Part shown: piece by piece, positions 1 through 10,493 of the stretch | Layout of the letters: every line of letters begins with the position of its first letter | Numbering within the stretch: position 1 is the stretch's first letter | Notes under the pieces: generated by a model | What the model saw: only the letters and a program-made list of their open reading frames with translations | Told to the model about the DNA's origin: nothing | Databases searched by the model: none | Source of the DNA: Candidatus Poribacteria bacterium | GTDB lineage: Bacteria; Poribacteria; WGA-4E; WGA-3G | Length of the DNA stretch: 64,000 nucleotides | NCBI GenBank assembly: GCA_965214095.1 | Contig: OZ243938.1 | Coordinates: 480,001-544,000, forward strand | Direction: 5' to 3' | Program-made: the position numbers and the translations under genes

Positions 1-293
1 ATTGTGCGGGTGGTCAATACGCTGAAATGACAGGACTCGGCGGTATGCTACGAATTGATGCCGCATGGAACAATGGCGGTTCTCCTGTTAGTATTGTCCT
101 ACAGAACAGAGAAGGTCATCAAGTGATAGATATTGAGCCTGTTAATCAGTTTGCAATGCAGCTTGAACATATGTGCGAATGTTTGAAAACTGGACAGCCG
201 CACCGAATTTCACCAGAAAGTTGCATCAATCAGATGCGTGTGATTGACGCAGCATTTGAAGCAATGGCTACCGGTAGAACGGTGGAATTATGA
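1..293 (+). CDS. Gfo/Idh/MocA-family oxidoreductase, C-terminal part (truncated at window start)
   Basis: Frame is open from nt 3 (CAGGQYAEM...); ending QFAMQLEHMCECL...NQMRVIDAAFEAMATGRTVEL is typical of this family. Confidence 0.7.
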   Translation, partial: CAGGQYAEMTGLGGMLRIDAAWNNGGSPVSIVLQNREGHQVIDIEPVNQFAMQLEHMCECLKTGQPHRISPESCINQMRVIDAAFEAMATGRTVEL

Positions 294-325
294 TAACAGG
301 TTTAATTTGAGAATCTTACCATTAT

Positions 326-350
326 GTAGGAGGGGTTTCTAACACCGATT
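326..350 (+). repeat. Degenerate GTAG-type REP hairpin
   Basis: GTAGGAGGGGTTTCTAACACCGA resembles the GTAGG..GGTTTCCTAACC hairpins elsewhere in the window. Confidence 0.5.
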
Positions 351-422
351 CACAACTTAGGTCTTACAGAATCGTGTTGACACACCCCTCCAACAAGTGG
401 TGATAGATATTTATGGTATATT

Positions 423-1121
423 ATGACTAAAACTAATAACACAAAAGTACTTACCTTTGACCTATTTGGTACAATATTAGATTTAGGTGGAAGTCTAATA
501 CCATTCATCCATGAATCTTTAGATGTCCGTGATATTAAAAAGGTAACTGCTGATGCCTTTTGGAAACAGTGGCGATATAGACAGCGGATTGAACAATATC
601 AGGATACGCTCTTGATGCTTGGGCATAGTGGATATCTGGAGACGGCGCGGCGCGCACTTCATTGGACACTTAGGCTAAACGGAATTGATACTTCAAATGA
701 TACTGTTGATGAGTTTATGCATGGATGGCAGCATCTATCACCATTTCCAGAGGTATTACCTGCGCTTGAACGCTTGCAATCTGAATACAAGTTAGTCGTA
801 TTATCTAACGGAGATCCAGATTTTTTAGATCATCTTGTCATGCAAAGATTAAAATGGGATTTTGACAATGTAATCTCAGTCACATCTGTGGGGGCATTCA
901 AACCACATCCCGCAGTGTATCGTTGTGCAGCACGTAGGTTAGGTTTTGAAGTGACCGATTGTTTGATGGTATCAGCAAATTCATTTGATGTTATGGGGGC
1001 GCGTTCTTGTGGATATCGTGGCGCGTATGTTAACCGTTACGATTTACCTTATGAGAAAACGCATTTTCAACCCGATGTCACGGTGGACAATTTCACGGAA
1101 TTGGCTGACGCTTTATTATAG
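423..1121 (+). CDS. Haloacid dehalogenase type II (HAD superfamily)
   Basis: FDLFGT motif I, LSNG, FKPHPAVY, MVSANSFDVMGA. Confidence 0.9.
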   Translation: MTKTNNTKVLTFDLFGTILDLGGSLIPFIHESLDVRDIKKVTADAFWKQWRYRQRIEQYQDTLLMLGHSGYLETARRALHWTLRLNGIDTSNDTVDEFMHGWQHLSPFPEVLPALERLQSEYKLVVLSNGDPDFLDHLVMQRLKWDFDNVISVTSVGAFKPHPAVYRCAARRLGFEVTDCLMVSANSFDVMGARSCGYRGAYVNRYDLPYEKTHFQPDVTVDNFTELADALL

Positions 1122-1172
1122 ATACCCAAGTTGCCTCCTATTATTTGTTAGAGGGTTGTACCCCAATTTATT

Positions 1173-1299
1173 TCTGAATCTCGGATTTCCACGGATTACT
1201 CAGATAACACGGATAATTCCCTCTCCCATTTAACGTAGCATCCTCAAAGCGATCAAACTTGAGAAAACCTTTCTCATCCGTGCAAATCCGAGATTTAAA
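1173..1299. repeat. Long inverted-repeat intergenic element
   Basis: TCTGAATCTCGGATTTCCACGGAT (1173-1196) pairs imperfectly with ATCCGTGCAAATCCGAGATTTAAA (1276-1299); same architecture as 37946-38125. Confidence 0.65.
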
Positions 1300-1393
1300 C
1301 AAATCGGGTGACGATAAGAAGGACCTTAAATCAAAATAAACCTGCATGACTTGGTGTATGTAAAGTTCTTGACAAAATATACACAGACATCCT

Positions 1394-1444
1394 GTAGGAG
1401 CGATCTCCGAATCGCGAACTGTCGGGAATCGGAGTTCCCTTACC
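1394..1444. repeat. REPIN-like pair of GTAG hairpins
   Basis: GTAGGAGCGATCTCCGAATCGC followed by an inverted, degenerate GGGAATCGGAGTTCCCTTAC. Confidence 0.6.
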
Positions 1445-1498
1445 ATGAATTATGCCGTTAATGCCGAAGACTTTACACCCCCTTGACATATAACAGAT

Positions 1499-1527
1499 TT
1501 GCAATTCGTTACATATTAGAGTATAAT
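1499..1527 (+). promoter_or_regulatory. Sigma70-type promoter, probably the original gap operon promoter
   Basis: TTGCAA-17 bp-TATAAT. Confidence 0.7.
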
Positions 1528-2789
1528 TAACAAGGATTTATACGGTTTTATATCAGTAATATAATTGATTTATGGACTTAATGAAGGGAATTGACTGGCA
1601 ATCCCAAGCATTTATGCTTGGATCCAAAAACGCTTGACATTTAGAGGTATTTTGAGTAATAGTTATAGGACTAGTTCAGTGTGGGAGGTTGTTGACTGCC
1701 ACACACCGCAACAACGGGAATCAGAAACTTATCAAGAACCAATATTATTATGCCATACAAAACCCACAAGATAACATTAGATCCGACTTTTAAGCAGCGT
1801 CGTTGGTTTGCCTCTCAATGTGGCTATGCCCGTTTTGCATATAATCAAGCTTTAGCAGATTTTAGAGCGGGATTAGATCAGGACACCTTTCAATCGTGGC
1901 AGACACTTAACGTCAATTTCAATAAAAGGAAAAAACGTTTTGATTGGACACGTGCTCAAGACCAACGTGCTGCGTTATATGCTATCAACAATCTTGGGCA
2001 AAGTATTGCGAATTGGATTGGCAAACGTGCGAAGTTTCCGAAGTTCAAGAAGCGTGGTTGTCGTCAATCCTATACCACAGATGAGCAATCTGTCCGAGTT
2101 GAAGGCACACGTATTAAGTTGTCTAAAATCGGTTGGATTAAAATGCGTCAAGCGTTACGTTTTGTCGGGAAGTTTATCAAGGTGACTATCTCAAGAACGG
2201 CACATAGATGGTTTGTATCCATCACTGTTGACACAGAGGACACCGAAGTTGTTGATAATTCAACACATCCTGTGATTGGCATTGATGTCGGTATAAGGAC
2301 ATTAGCAACTTGTTCAGATGGCACCAAATATGATAATCCCAGACCCCTCAAACGTTATGAGCGAAAACTTAAACGAGAACAACGCAAGTGGAGTCGCAAA
2401 GTGCGAAAGTCTAAAAACTGGTTTAAGCAGAAATGGAAAGTTGAAAGGGGACATTATCGGATTGCTTGTGTCCGAAACGATGCCCACCACAAAGCAACGA
2501 CTGATATTGTCAATAACGCAAGTGCTATTGGTATAGAAACACTAAAGGTCACCAATATGCTAAAGAACAAGAAACTGGCAAAGGCGTTATCGGATAGTGC
2601 ATTAGGTGGCTTTCTCTCTAAACTCAAGACGAAAGCAGCGGCACGAGGTATTCCTGTAATCGAAGCAGACCAGTTCTTCGCATCGTCAAAAACTTGTAGC
2701 AGTTGTGGACACAAAAAAGAGGACTTGACGTTAAAAGAGAGAACGTATCATTGCAGTCAATGTGGTGTCTCTATAGACAGAGACATCAA

Positions 2790-3986
<1,197 letters not shown>

Positions 3987-3987
<1 letters not shown>

Positions 3988-4754
3988 TGGGAAAGACAAT
4001 GCGAACACCGATAATTGCAGGAAATTGGAAACTCAACAAGACTATTTCAGAAGCAGTTGAACTCACTACAGAATTAAAGGATTTAGTTCCCACAACTAAC
4101 AATGTTGAAATAGTCGTCGCACCACCTTTTACTGCGCTTGATGCAGTGAGCAATGTCATTAAGGACAGCAATATATCACTTGCTGCACAAGATGTCTACT
4201 GGGAAGACAGTGGAGCGTTCACAGGTGAAGTGTCAGTGCCAATGTTGAAGGATGCAGGATGTGATTACATCATCGTAGGACATTCAGAACGACGACAATA
4301 CTTCAATGAGACAAACGAAAAAGTCAACCAAAAAGTAAATGCAGTATTATCACACAACTTGAAACCGATAATCTGTGTCGGTGAACTACTTGAAGAACGT
4401 GAAGCAGGACGTACAGAAATTGTTATAGAGGATCACGTTTCTGGAGCAGTAGAGAACTTAACATCGGATGCGGTGTTGTCTTGTATAATTGCGTATGAAC
4501 CGGTATGGGCAATTGGTACTGGAAAAACTGCAACGCCTGAACAAGCACAAGAAGTACATAACTATATTCGGAATTTATTGAAGGAGACCTATTCTGACGA
4601 GATTGCATCACAAGTACGCATACAATATGGCGGTAGTGTTAAACCTGAAAACGCAGCTGAACTCATGGTACAACCTGATGTAGATGGTGCACTTGTTGGA
4701 GGGGCAAGCCTTCAAGCAGAATCTTTCGCGCAAATCGTAAAAAACGCAATGTAG
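3987..4754 (+). CDS. tpiA: Triosephosphate isomerase (start may be 3999)
   Basis: AGNWK, GHSERR, AYEPVWAIGTG, YGGSV, LVGGASL. Confidence 0.98.
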
Positions 4755-4796
4755 TCTAACTAAATAGCATTTAATGAAATTAGAGAGGATTATCTA

Positions 4797-5246
4797 ATGG
4801 GTGTTTTTGTAACAATAGCAATTATTGTTTTCGTTCCAGTCTGTATCGTATTAACTTTGATCATTCTTTTACAAGACAGCAAGGGTGAAGGACTTTCATC
4901 AAGTGCTTTCGGTGGAGCAGAAATGCAGTCTGTCCTTGGTGGACACGGTGCTGCATCATTTCTGAGTAAGCTTACAACTTGGGTAGCTGTCGGTTTTATG
5001 GTAATATCACTTTTCTTAATGAAATTTTACGGTGAATCTGGCACAAATGCGCTTACACCACTCAACGAAGAAGCGGAACAGCAACAAGAAGCTGCAGATA
5101 CCGGAGATGCCGTAGATATTGTAACAGATGATGAAAATCCTAAAGGGGCAATTAAAGTAAAACAGGATGATACGGAACAACCAGCAGAAGAAACTACGGC
5201 TGAAGATACAAAAGCAACAATTGAAGATACACCCGGTGATGAGTAA
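4797..5246 (+). CDS. secG: Preprotein translocase subunit SecG with acidic tail
   Basis: Two TM segments, ILLQ..KG.GL...FGG, FLSKLT; conserved position after tpiA. Confidence 0.9.
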   Translation: MGVFVTIAIIVFVPVCIVLTLIILLQDSKGEGLSSSAFGGAEMQSVLGGHGAASFLSKLTTWVAVGFMVISLFLMKFYGESGTNALTPLNEEAEQQQEAADTGDAVDIVTDDENPKGAIKVKQDDTEQPAEETTAEDTKATIEDTPGDE

Positions 5247-5263
5247 GTAGGGTATGAAAGCAC

Positions 5264-5740
5264 ATGGTTGTTAATGAAGTTGATTCTGCTACATCTATGT
5301 CTGACCGTTCACACTTTGACGAAATCTCCTGGTGTGTTCACCCTCTTGTTGAAAATTGGAAACGGACAGTGATCTTAGTGGTATTTCTGTCCTCAATCCT
5401 TGTCATACTCTACATCGGATTCCAGTCTATAGTAATTGTCTTTCTATCTGCACTACTGTTAATTGGTCCCCTTTACAAATACTTCTTACCTTTTCATTAC
5501 CATTGCAGACAAGATAAACTCGTCGTCAGTGCGTGTTGCTATAATCTTGAACGTCCGTGGTCTTCGTTCCGAAGTAATTACATCGACAAGAATGGCGTAT
5601 TTCTCAGTCCTTTTGCTAAACCCACTCGTCTTGAAAACTTCCGCGGCATTTACGTAAGATTCGGAAAACACCCACCTGAAGAAATCGTAAACTATATTCA
5701 ACATCAACTTAACTCGGAGTCTAAGGATGAACGAACCTAA
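5264..5740 (+). CDS. Hypothetical membrane protein
   Basis: Two N-terminal hydrophobic helices; overlaps the next gene start. Confidence 0.7.
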   Translation: MVVNEVDSATSMSDRSHFDEISWCVHPLVENWKRTVILVVFLSSILVILYIGFQSIVIVFLSALLLIGPLYKYFLPFHYHCRQDKLVVSACCYNLERPWSSFRSNYIDKNGVFLSPFAKPTRLENFRGIYVRFGKHPPEEIVNYIQHQLNSESKDERT

Positions 5741-6992
5741 TCATATAGAAACATCAAATGAATTAAAAACCGTCGTTTCAGATGTAGTTGATAATCAGAA
5801 AATCTTGGATATTCATACACATCTATTCAGTCCGCCTTTTGGTGAACTTCTGTTATGGGGGATTGATGAACTCCTTACCTACCACTATCTTATAGCAGAA
5901 GTGTTTCGCAAGTCAGATGTATCGTATCCTGCATTTTGGGCAATGACAAAATCAGAACAGGCAGACTTAATTTGGCAGACTCTCTTCATAGAAAACTCAC
6001 CAATCAGTGAAGCATGTCGCGGTGTTGTTACTACTTTAAACGAATTAGGTTTGGATGTCAGTTCACGCAACCTCAATGACTATCGTACATATTTTGCTGA
6101 TACGTCTGAAGAGAACTTCATTGACACAGTGTTCGAAAGTTCCAATGTATCAAAAGTTGTCATGACAAATGATCCTTTTGACCCTTTGGAAGCACCAGTG
6201 TGGGACTCAGGTGACGTTGGTGATACACGATTTGAAGCTGCACTACGGATGGATGTGCTTATCAACAGTTATCAAGAAACTGCTTATGAGCATCTCCGAG
6301 GACTCGGTTATGATGTGGATCCGAATCTTTCAACAGAGAAAGGCTATAAAGAAGTTAGAAGGTTCTTAGAGATGTGGATCCAGCGGATGAATCCAAAATA
6401 CATGGCTGTCTCACTACCTCCAGATTTTCAATATCCGAATTACGGTGTACTGGGTCGTCTGTTTGATAATTGCATATTACCTATCTCGCGTGAATTCAAT
6501 GTACCATTTGCCTTGATGATCGGTGTCAAAAGAGCAGTAAACCCTGAACTCCGAATGGCAGGTGATGGTACGGGTAAAGCGGATCTCACAAGCTTGGAAA
6601 ATCTTCTTAGAGAAAATCAAGAGAATAAATTTCTTGTAACGCTCTTATCGCGAGAAAACCAACATGAACTATGTGTCATCGGACGCAAATTCAAAAACTT
6701 GATGATATTCGGCTGTTGGTGGTTTATGAACAATCCCAGTATTATTGAGGAGATAACTCGTGAGAGGATAGAGTTGCTCGGTCTGAGTATGATTCCGCAA
6801 CATTCGGACGCAAGAATATTAGATCAACTGGTTTACAAATGGAAACACTCGCGTAAGATCATTGCAGATGTCTTGGTAGAAAAATATCAATCTCTGATAG
6901 ACGTTGGTTGGACTCTTTCAACTTCAGAAATAGAACGTGATGTCAACAACCTATTTGGTGGTAACTTTGAACGGTTTCTGAATGAGAGTTAA
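5727..6992 (+). CDS. uxaC: Uronate (glucuronate) isomerase, divergent amidohydrolase-fold type
   Basis: DIHTH, LLTYHYL, VMTNDPFD, GCWWF, QHSDAR. Confidence 0.85.
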   Translation: MNEPNHIETSNELKTVVSDVVDNQKILDIHTHLFSPPFGELLLWGIDELLTYHYLIAEVFRKSDVSYPAFWAMTKSEQADLIWQTLFIENSPISEACRGVVTTLNELGLDVSSRNLNDYRTYFADTSEENFIDTVFESSNVSKVVMTNDPFDPLEAPVWDSGDVGDTRFEAALRMDVLINSYQETAYEHLRGLGYDVDPNLSTEKGYKEVRRFLEMWIQRMNPKYMAVSLPPDFQYPNYGVLGRLFDNCILPISREFNVPFALMIGVKRAVNPELRMAGDGTGKADLTSLENLLRENQENKFLVTLLSRENQHELCVIGRKFKNLMIFGCWWFMNNPSIIEEITRERIELLGLSMIPQHSDARILDQLVYKWKHSRKIIADVLVEKYQSLIDVGWTLSTSEIERDVNNLFGGNFERFLNES

Positions 6993-7043
6993 TAGTGAGT
7001 CATCTCCCTCACGATCTTGGAAAAAACAATACAACATCTATAA

Positions 7044-7328
7044 TTAACAACTACACGGTGTGGCATGGCATTTAGGACATCCTTCAGCATAAATTTCTGC
7101 AGCATCCTCAAGTGAAATGCCGAGAAGGCTTGCTAAGGTAGATAACCAAGCGAAAACATCAGCAAACTCTTCGCGTAATCGATCCATATCTTGCGGTTCT
7201 TTACGAATCTCCTTTGCTAATTCACCTACCTCTTCTACGAACCATGTGAATGTTAATGGAACACCTCGTTCAGCATCTTTTTTGAAATAGATTGCTTCAA
7301 TCTGTTGTTGAAATTTTTGAATTGTCAT
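7044..7328 (-). CDS. MazG-like nucleotide pyrophosphohydrolase
   Basis: EEVGELA..EEFADV motif, C-terminal CPKC..PCSC, AGGAG RBS. Confidence 0.9.
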   Translation of the reverse strand: MTIQKFQQQIEAIYFKKDAERGVPLTFTWFVEEVGELAKEIRKEPQDMDRLREEFADVFAWLSTLASLLGISLEDAAEIYAEGCPKCHATPCSC

Positions 7329-7472
7329 AACTCTCCTTTTTCAGTATAATAACCTAATCGGTTTTTGATTGTCAATTTAATTGTCTCTACAACATTTTAC
7401 CTGAACTAATAAAAAGTCAGTTGGAATTATTCGCATTCGTTACTATTATTCTTTGTCAAGGAAACACACTTC

Positions 7473-7864
7473 ATGTTGAAACCGATTATTATTGATCAAT
7501 CAGAACTGGAATGGGAAGTTGGGAAGACCCAAATATTACAGCAAAAAGTCCCGTGCGTTGGAAACTACTAATCTCAAGTGATCGCTGTCAAAGTAGCGGA
7601 ATCGTCACTGGCATCGCAGAAGTGCCACCTGATGCTTCACTATTACTTCATAACCATGAACCTGAAGAAACATATTATGTTATTAGTGGTAGGGGATATA
7701 TGAAGATTGACGATTGCGAAGGGGAAATTGTACCAGGAACAACAGTCTTCATTCCACCTAATTCAAAGCATACTGTCAGTTGCACAGGAACCGAACCGTT
7801 GGTTTTCATATTCACGTTTGCTCGTGATTCTTTTGAAGAAATTGAATACATATTTGACGAGTAA
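7473..7864 (+). CDS. Cupin protein resembling DMSP lyases DddK/DddW; apparent 1-nt frameshift near 7517 (ORF track starts at 7511)
   Basis: VRWKLLI..D..SSG..GIAEV, LHNHEPEETY, IPPNSKH, SFEEIEY; AAGGA RBS precedes ATG 7473 in a different frame. Confidence 0.7.
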
Positions 7865-7911
7865 ACAATACATCACATTCAACCTGATTTTTCACTACTT
7901 AGGTAAATAAA

Positions 7912-8901
7912 ATGTCATCCAACAAGAATTTAGAACGAAAAGCTATCGTCAACAACGACCAAGCAAGTCTCTACGATATAAACGATGGTATTGCTTATTT
8001 TGAACTACATAGCAAACTAAACATTATTGAGGATACTACAATAGAGATTCTTAATACTGCGTTGCATGAGGTAGAAACCAATTTCTCAGGTATGATAATA
8101 GGCACTCAAGCTGACCATTTCTCTGTTGGCCTCAACATAATACAATTGTTGGAACGTGCCAGAAGCAACAACTGGGATGCAATATCAAACACAGTGAAAA
8201 ATCTACAAAATGTATGTACTCGACTAAGTATGTCAACAAAACCTGTCGTAGCAGCAACAAACGGTATGGCGTTAGGCGGTGGTTGTGAACTTGCATTTGG
8301 AGCAGATACAGTTTGTGCATTAAACAACAGTCAGTTTGGACTTGTTGAGTTGCGCGTTGGACTTATTCCATGTGGTGGTGGAACAACGGAGATGGTATTA
8401 CGCAGTTTGGATGGACAACAGACATCTGCATCAATTCAGGAGTTAATACAACCTGTCATTTCTACCTATGAAACAATTCGGCAATCCAAGGTGTCTAAAG
8501 ACGCTGATGACGCATTAGAATATGGGTATCTGCGTAGGTCTGACCAAATTTCTACACATAGAGACAATCATCTGAATGATGCTAAACAATTGGCACTTTC
8601 ACTGTGGAATGATGGATATTCGCCATCACAACCACAGCAGGTGTATGTATTAGGTGAAAAAGGATATAATCAAATAATGCAACACCTTCAACAATTACAT
8701 CAAATAAATACCATAAACGAATATGAACAGTATCTTGCTGAGAAATTAGCTTATGTGTTTTGTGGTGGAATGCTACCTAAACCACAATATGTAACGAGAC
8801 AGTATCTACATGACCTTGAGCACGAGATCGCTCTTAGTCTCTGTGGCGAACAAAAAACACATGCTATGATTGAATCTACCCTTAAAAAGGGAAAGAAATA
8901 A
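7912..8901 (+). CDS. Stand-alone enoyl-CoA hydratase/isomerase-like protein (resembles the C-terminal half of FadN)
   Basis: HFSVGLN, GMALGGGCE, GLVELRVGLIPCGGG. Confidence 0.8.
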   Translation: MSSNKNLERKAIVNNDQASLYDINDGIAYFELHSKLNIIEDTTIEILNTALHEVETNFSGMIIGTQADHFSVGLNIIQLLERARSNNWDAISNTVKNLQNVCTRLSMSTKPVVAATNGMALGGGCELAFGADTVCALNNSQFGLVELRVGLIPCGGGTTEMVLRSLDGQQTSASIQELIQPVISTYETIRQSKVSKDADDALEYGYLRRSDQISTHRDNHLNDAKQLALSLWNDGYSPSQPQQVYVLGEKGYNQIMQHLQQLHQINTINEYEQYLAEKLAYVFCGGMLPKPQYVTRQYLHDLEHEIALSLCGEQKTHAMIESTLKKGKK

Positions 8902-8958
8902 AAGTACCAGTACCGTTTATGTAGACTATTAAGCTTCTATTCATATAAGAGGAAAAAT

Positions 8959-10020
8959 ATGCAAACACACCTTTATCTCTCCATGGCAGGAGAAAACAGA
9001 ATCGCAATTTATACTTTTGATGTCAACAATGGATCAATTGAATTCCAAGAGAATGTTGACGTTAGCGGTTCACCTGGACCATTGACACGTTCACCATGTG
9101 GAAACTATCTGTACGCTGGACTCCGTTCCAGTCGAGAAATCGCAACCTTCAAAATTGATGATGAAACGAAACAACTGACGCTATTACGGACTATCAAACT
9201 TGATGCTGACACATGCTACATAGCAACCGACAACACGGGAAAATATCTACTCTCTGCATACTATGGTGCAGGAAAAGTTACCGTTCATACAATAGGTGAG
9301 GATAAAACCGTGCAAGAAGGAGCGATCCAAACTATCGAAACTGCTCCGCATGCACACTATATTGAAACTGATGTTTCAAATAGATTTGCCTTTGTGCCAC
9401 ACACCGTACCACGGAACGCAATCTATCAGTTTCATTTTGATGAATCAAACGGCAAATTAACACAGAATTTCTTTGGGAATCATAATCCTGATGATCCTGT
9501 TGGTCCTCGCCACTACTGTGAACATCCTACAAAACCGATCTTTTACTTCTCAAATGAAAACGGATCAAGTGTATCCGCCTACAACCTTCAGAAAGGTGAC
9601 CTAGATGTCACTATACCAAAGGCTGGTACACCCGACTATACAGTGAATGATGCCCCTGGCTTGTTATGGGAATTTCAATCACTCTCCACACTTCCTGACG
9701 ATTTTACTGAAAACAATACTTGTGCTCAGATCCATATTGATCCACATGCAAAGTTTCTTTATGTCTCAAATCGAGGGCATGACAGTATTGCGATTTTCTC
9801 TATCAATGACGAGAATGGGAAATTAACTACAGTAGGACATCAACCTACCGAACCCACTCCACGTGTATTCAACATTGATGAAACGGGTAATTATCTATTT
9901 GCTGGTGGACAAGGCTCCGGTAAATTGGCAACTTACCGGATCAATAGGGATACGGGAATGCTCTCTGAAATTGATACAATTGAGGTGGGTAAGAATCCAA
10001 TGTGGGTACTATTTCTGTAG
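8959..10020 (+). CDS. Beta-propeller lactonase (6-phosphogluconolactonase family)
   Basis: HAH, GPRH, LYVSNRGHDSIA, PRVFNID. Confidence 0.9.
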   Translation: MQTHLYLSMAGENRIAIYTFDVNNGSIEFQENVDVSGSPGPLTRSPCGNYLYAGLRSSREIATFKIDDETKQLTLLRTIKLDADTCYIATDNTGKYLLSAYYGAGKVTVHTIGEDKTVQEGAIQTIETAPHAHYIETDVSNRFAFVPHTVPRNAIYQFHFDESNGKLTQNFFGNHNPDDPVGPRHYCEHPTKPIFYFSNENGSSVSAYNLQKGDLDVTIPKAGTPDYTVNDAPGLLWEFQSLSTLPDDFTENNTCAQIHIDPHAKFLYVSNRGHDSIAIFSINDENGKLTTVGHQPTEPTPRVFNIDETGNYLFAGGQGSGKLATYRINRDTGMLSEIDTIEVGKNPMWVLFL

Positions 10021-10047
10021 GTAACACTGACTACATAATATACAAGA

Positions 10048-10080
10048 AAATGGGTATGACTTTCAATGTCATACCCATTT
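10048..10080. terminator. Hairpin between convergent genes, probably a bidirectional terminator
   Basis: Perfect 13-bp stem AAATGGGTATGAC-tttcaat-GTCATACCCATTT. Confidence 0.8.
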
Positions 10081-10086
10081 CAAAAC

Positions 10087-10317
10087 TTATATTTTGTCGA
10101 TTGCAGTGGTGATTTGGTCTTCGGATGGGAATTTGCGTTGCTCAAGCTTGGAGAAGAGCAATTCCTCGTTTACATATACTTCAAAAGCACCGCCACTGCT
10201 TTCCACAAGTTTAACTTTCTTCACCTGACCACTATATTTCTTTTCAAGGACTTCTGCCAAACTGGCTGCCCGTGGTTGATAGTTTCAGGAAGTGCAATAC
10301 TCTATTCTAATGTCCAT
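10087..10317 (-). CDS. SelW/SelT/Rdx-family selenoprotein, 76 aa, in-frame TGA read as Sec
   Basis: Hand translation MDIRIEYCTSUNYQPRAASLAEVLEKKYSGQVKKVKLVESSGGAFEVYVNEELLFSKLEQRKFPSEDQITTAIDKI; AGGAGG RBS; CxxU and GxFEV..SK..FP motifs. Confidence 0.9.
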
Positions 10318-10356
10318 TTGATATATTTCCTCCTTATATACTGTGAATACATCATA

Positions 10357-10385
10357 ATTTTACCAGATTTTATTGGAATTTTCAA
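10357..10385 (-). promoter_or_regulatory. Sigma70-type promoter for the selenoprotein gene
   Basis: Minus strand TTGAAA-17 bp-TAAAAT with TG extended -10. Confidence 0.6.
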
Positions 10386-10493
10386 GTCTTTTGATGTTGT
10401 AAAACACATACAAATAATGATGACATTATTGACATACTCACCGAGCTAAAGCTCCGGTGATTCTTTTGAAGAATCACACAAGCGATTGTGGTA

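Noticed and set aside
1168-1446. Short ORFs in repeat regions (also 37985, 46731, 55185, 59552, 59705)
   Set aside because: They are translations of MITE/REP sequence with no RBS or protein motifs
5246-5264. tRNA-Leu often found after secG
   Set aside because: Only 17 bp separate the genes; I saw no tRNA or rRNA anywhere in the window
10066-10449. 127-aa plus-strand ORF
   Set aside because: Antisense to the selenoprotein gene and starts inside a terminator hairpin
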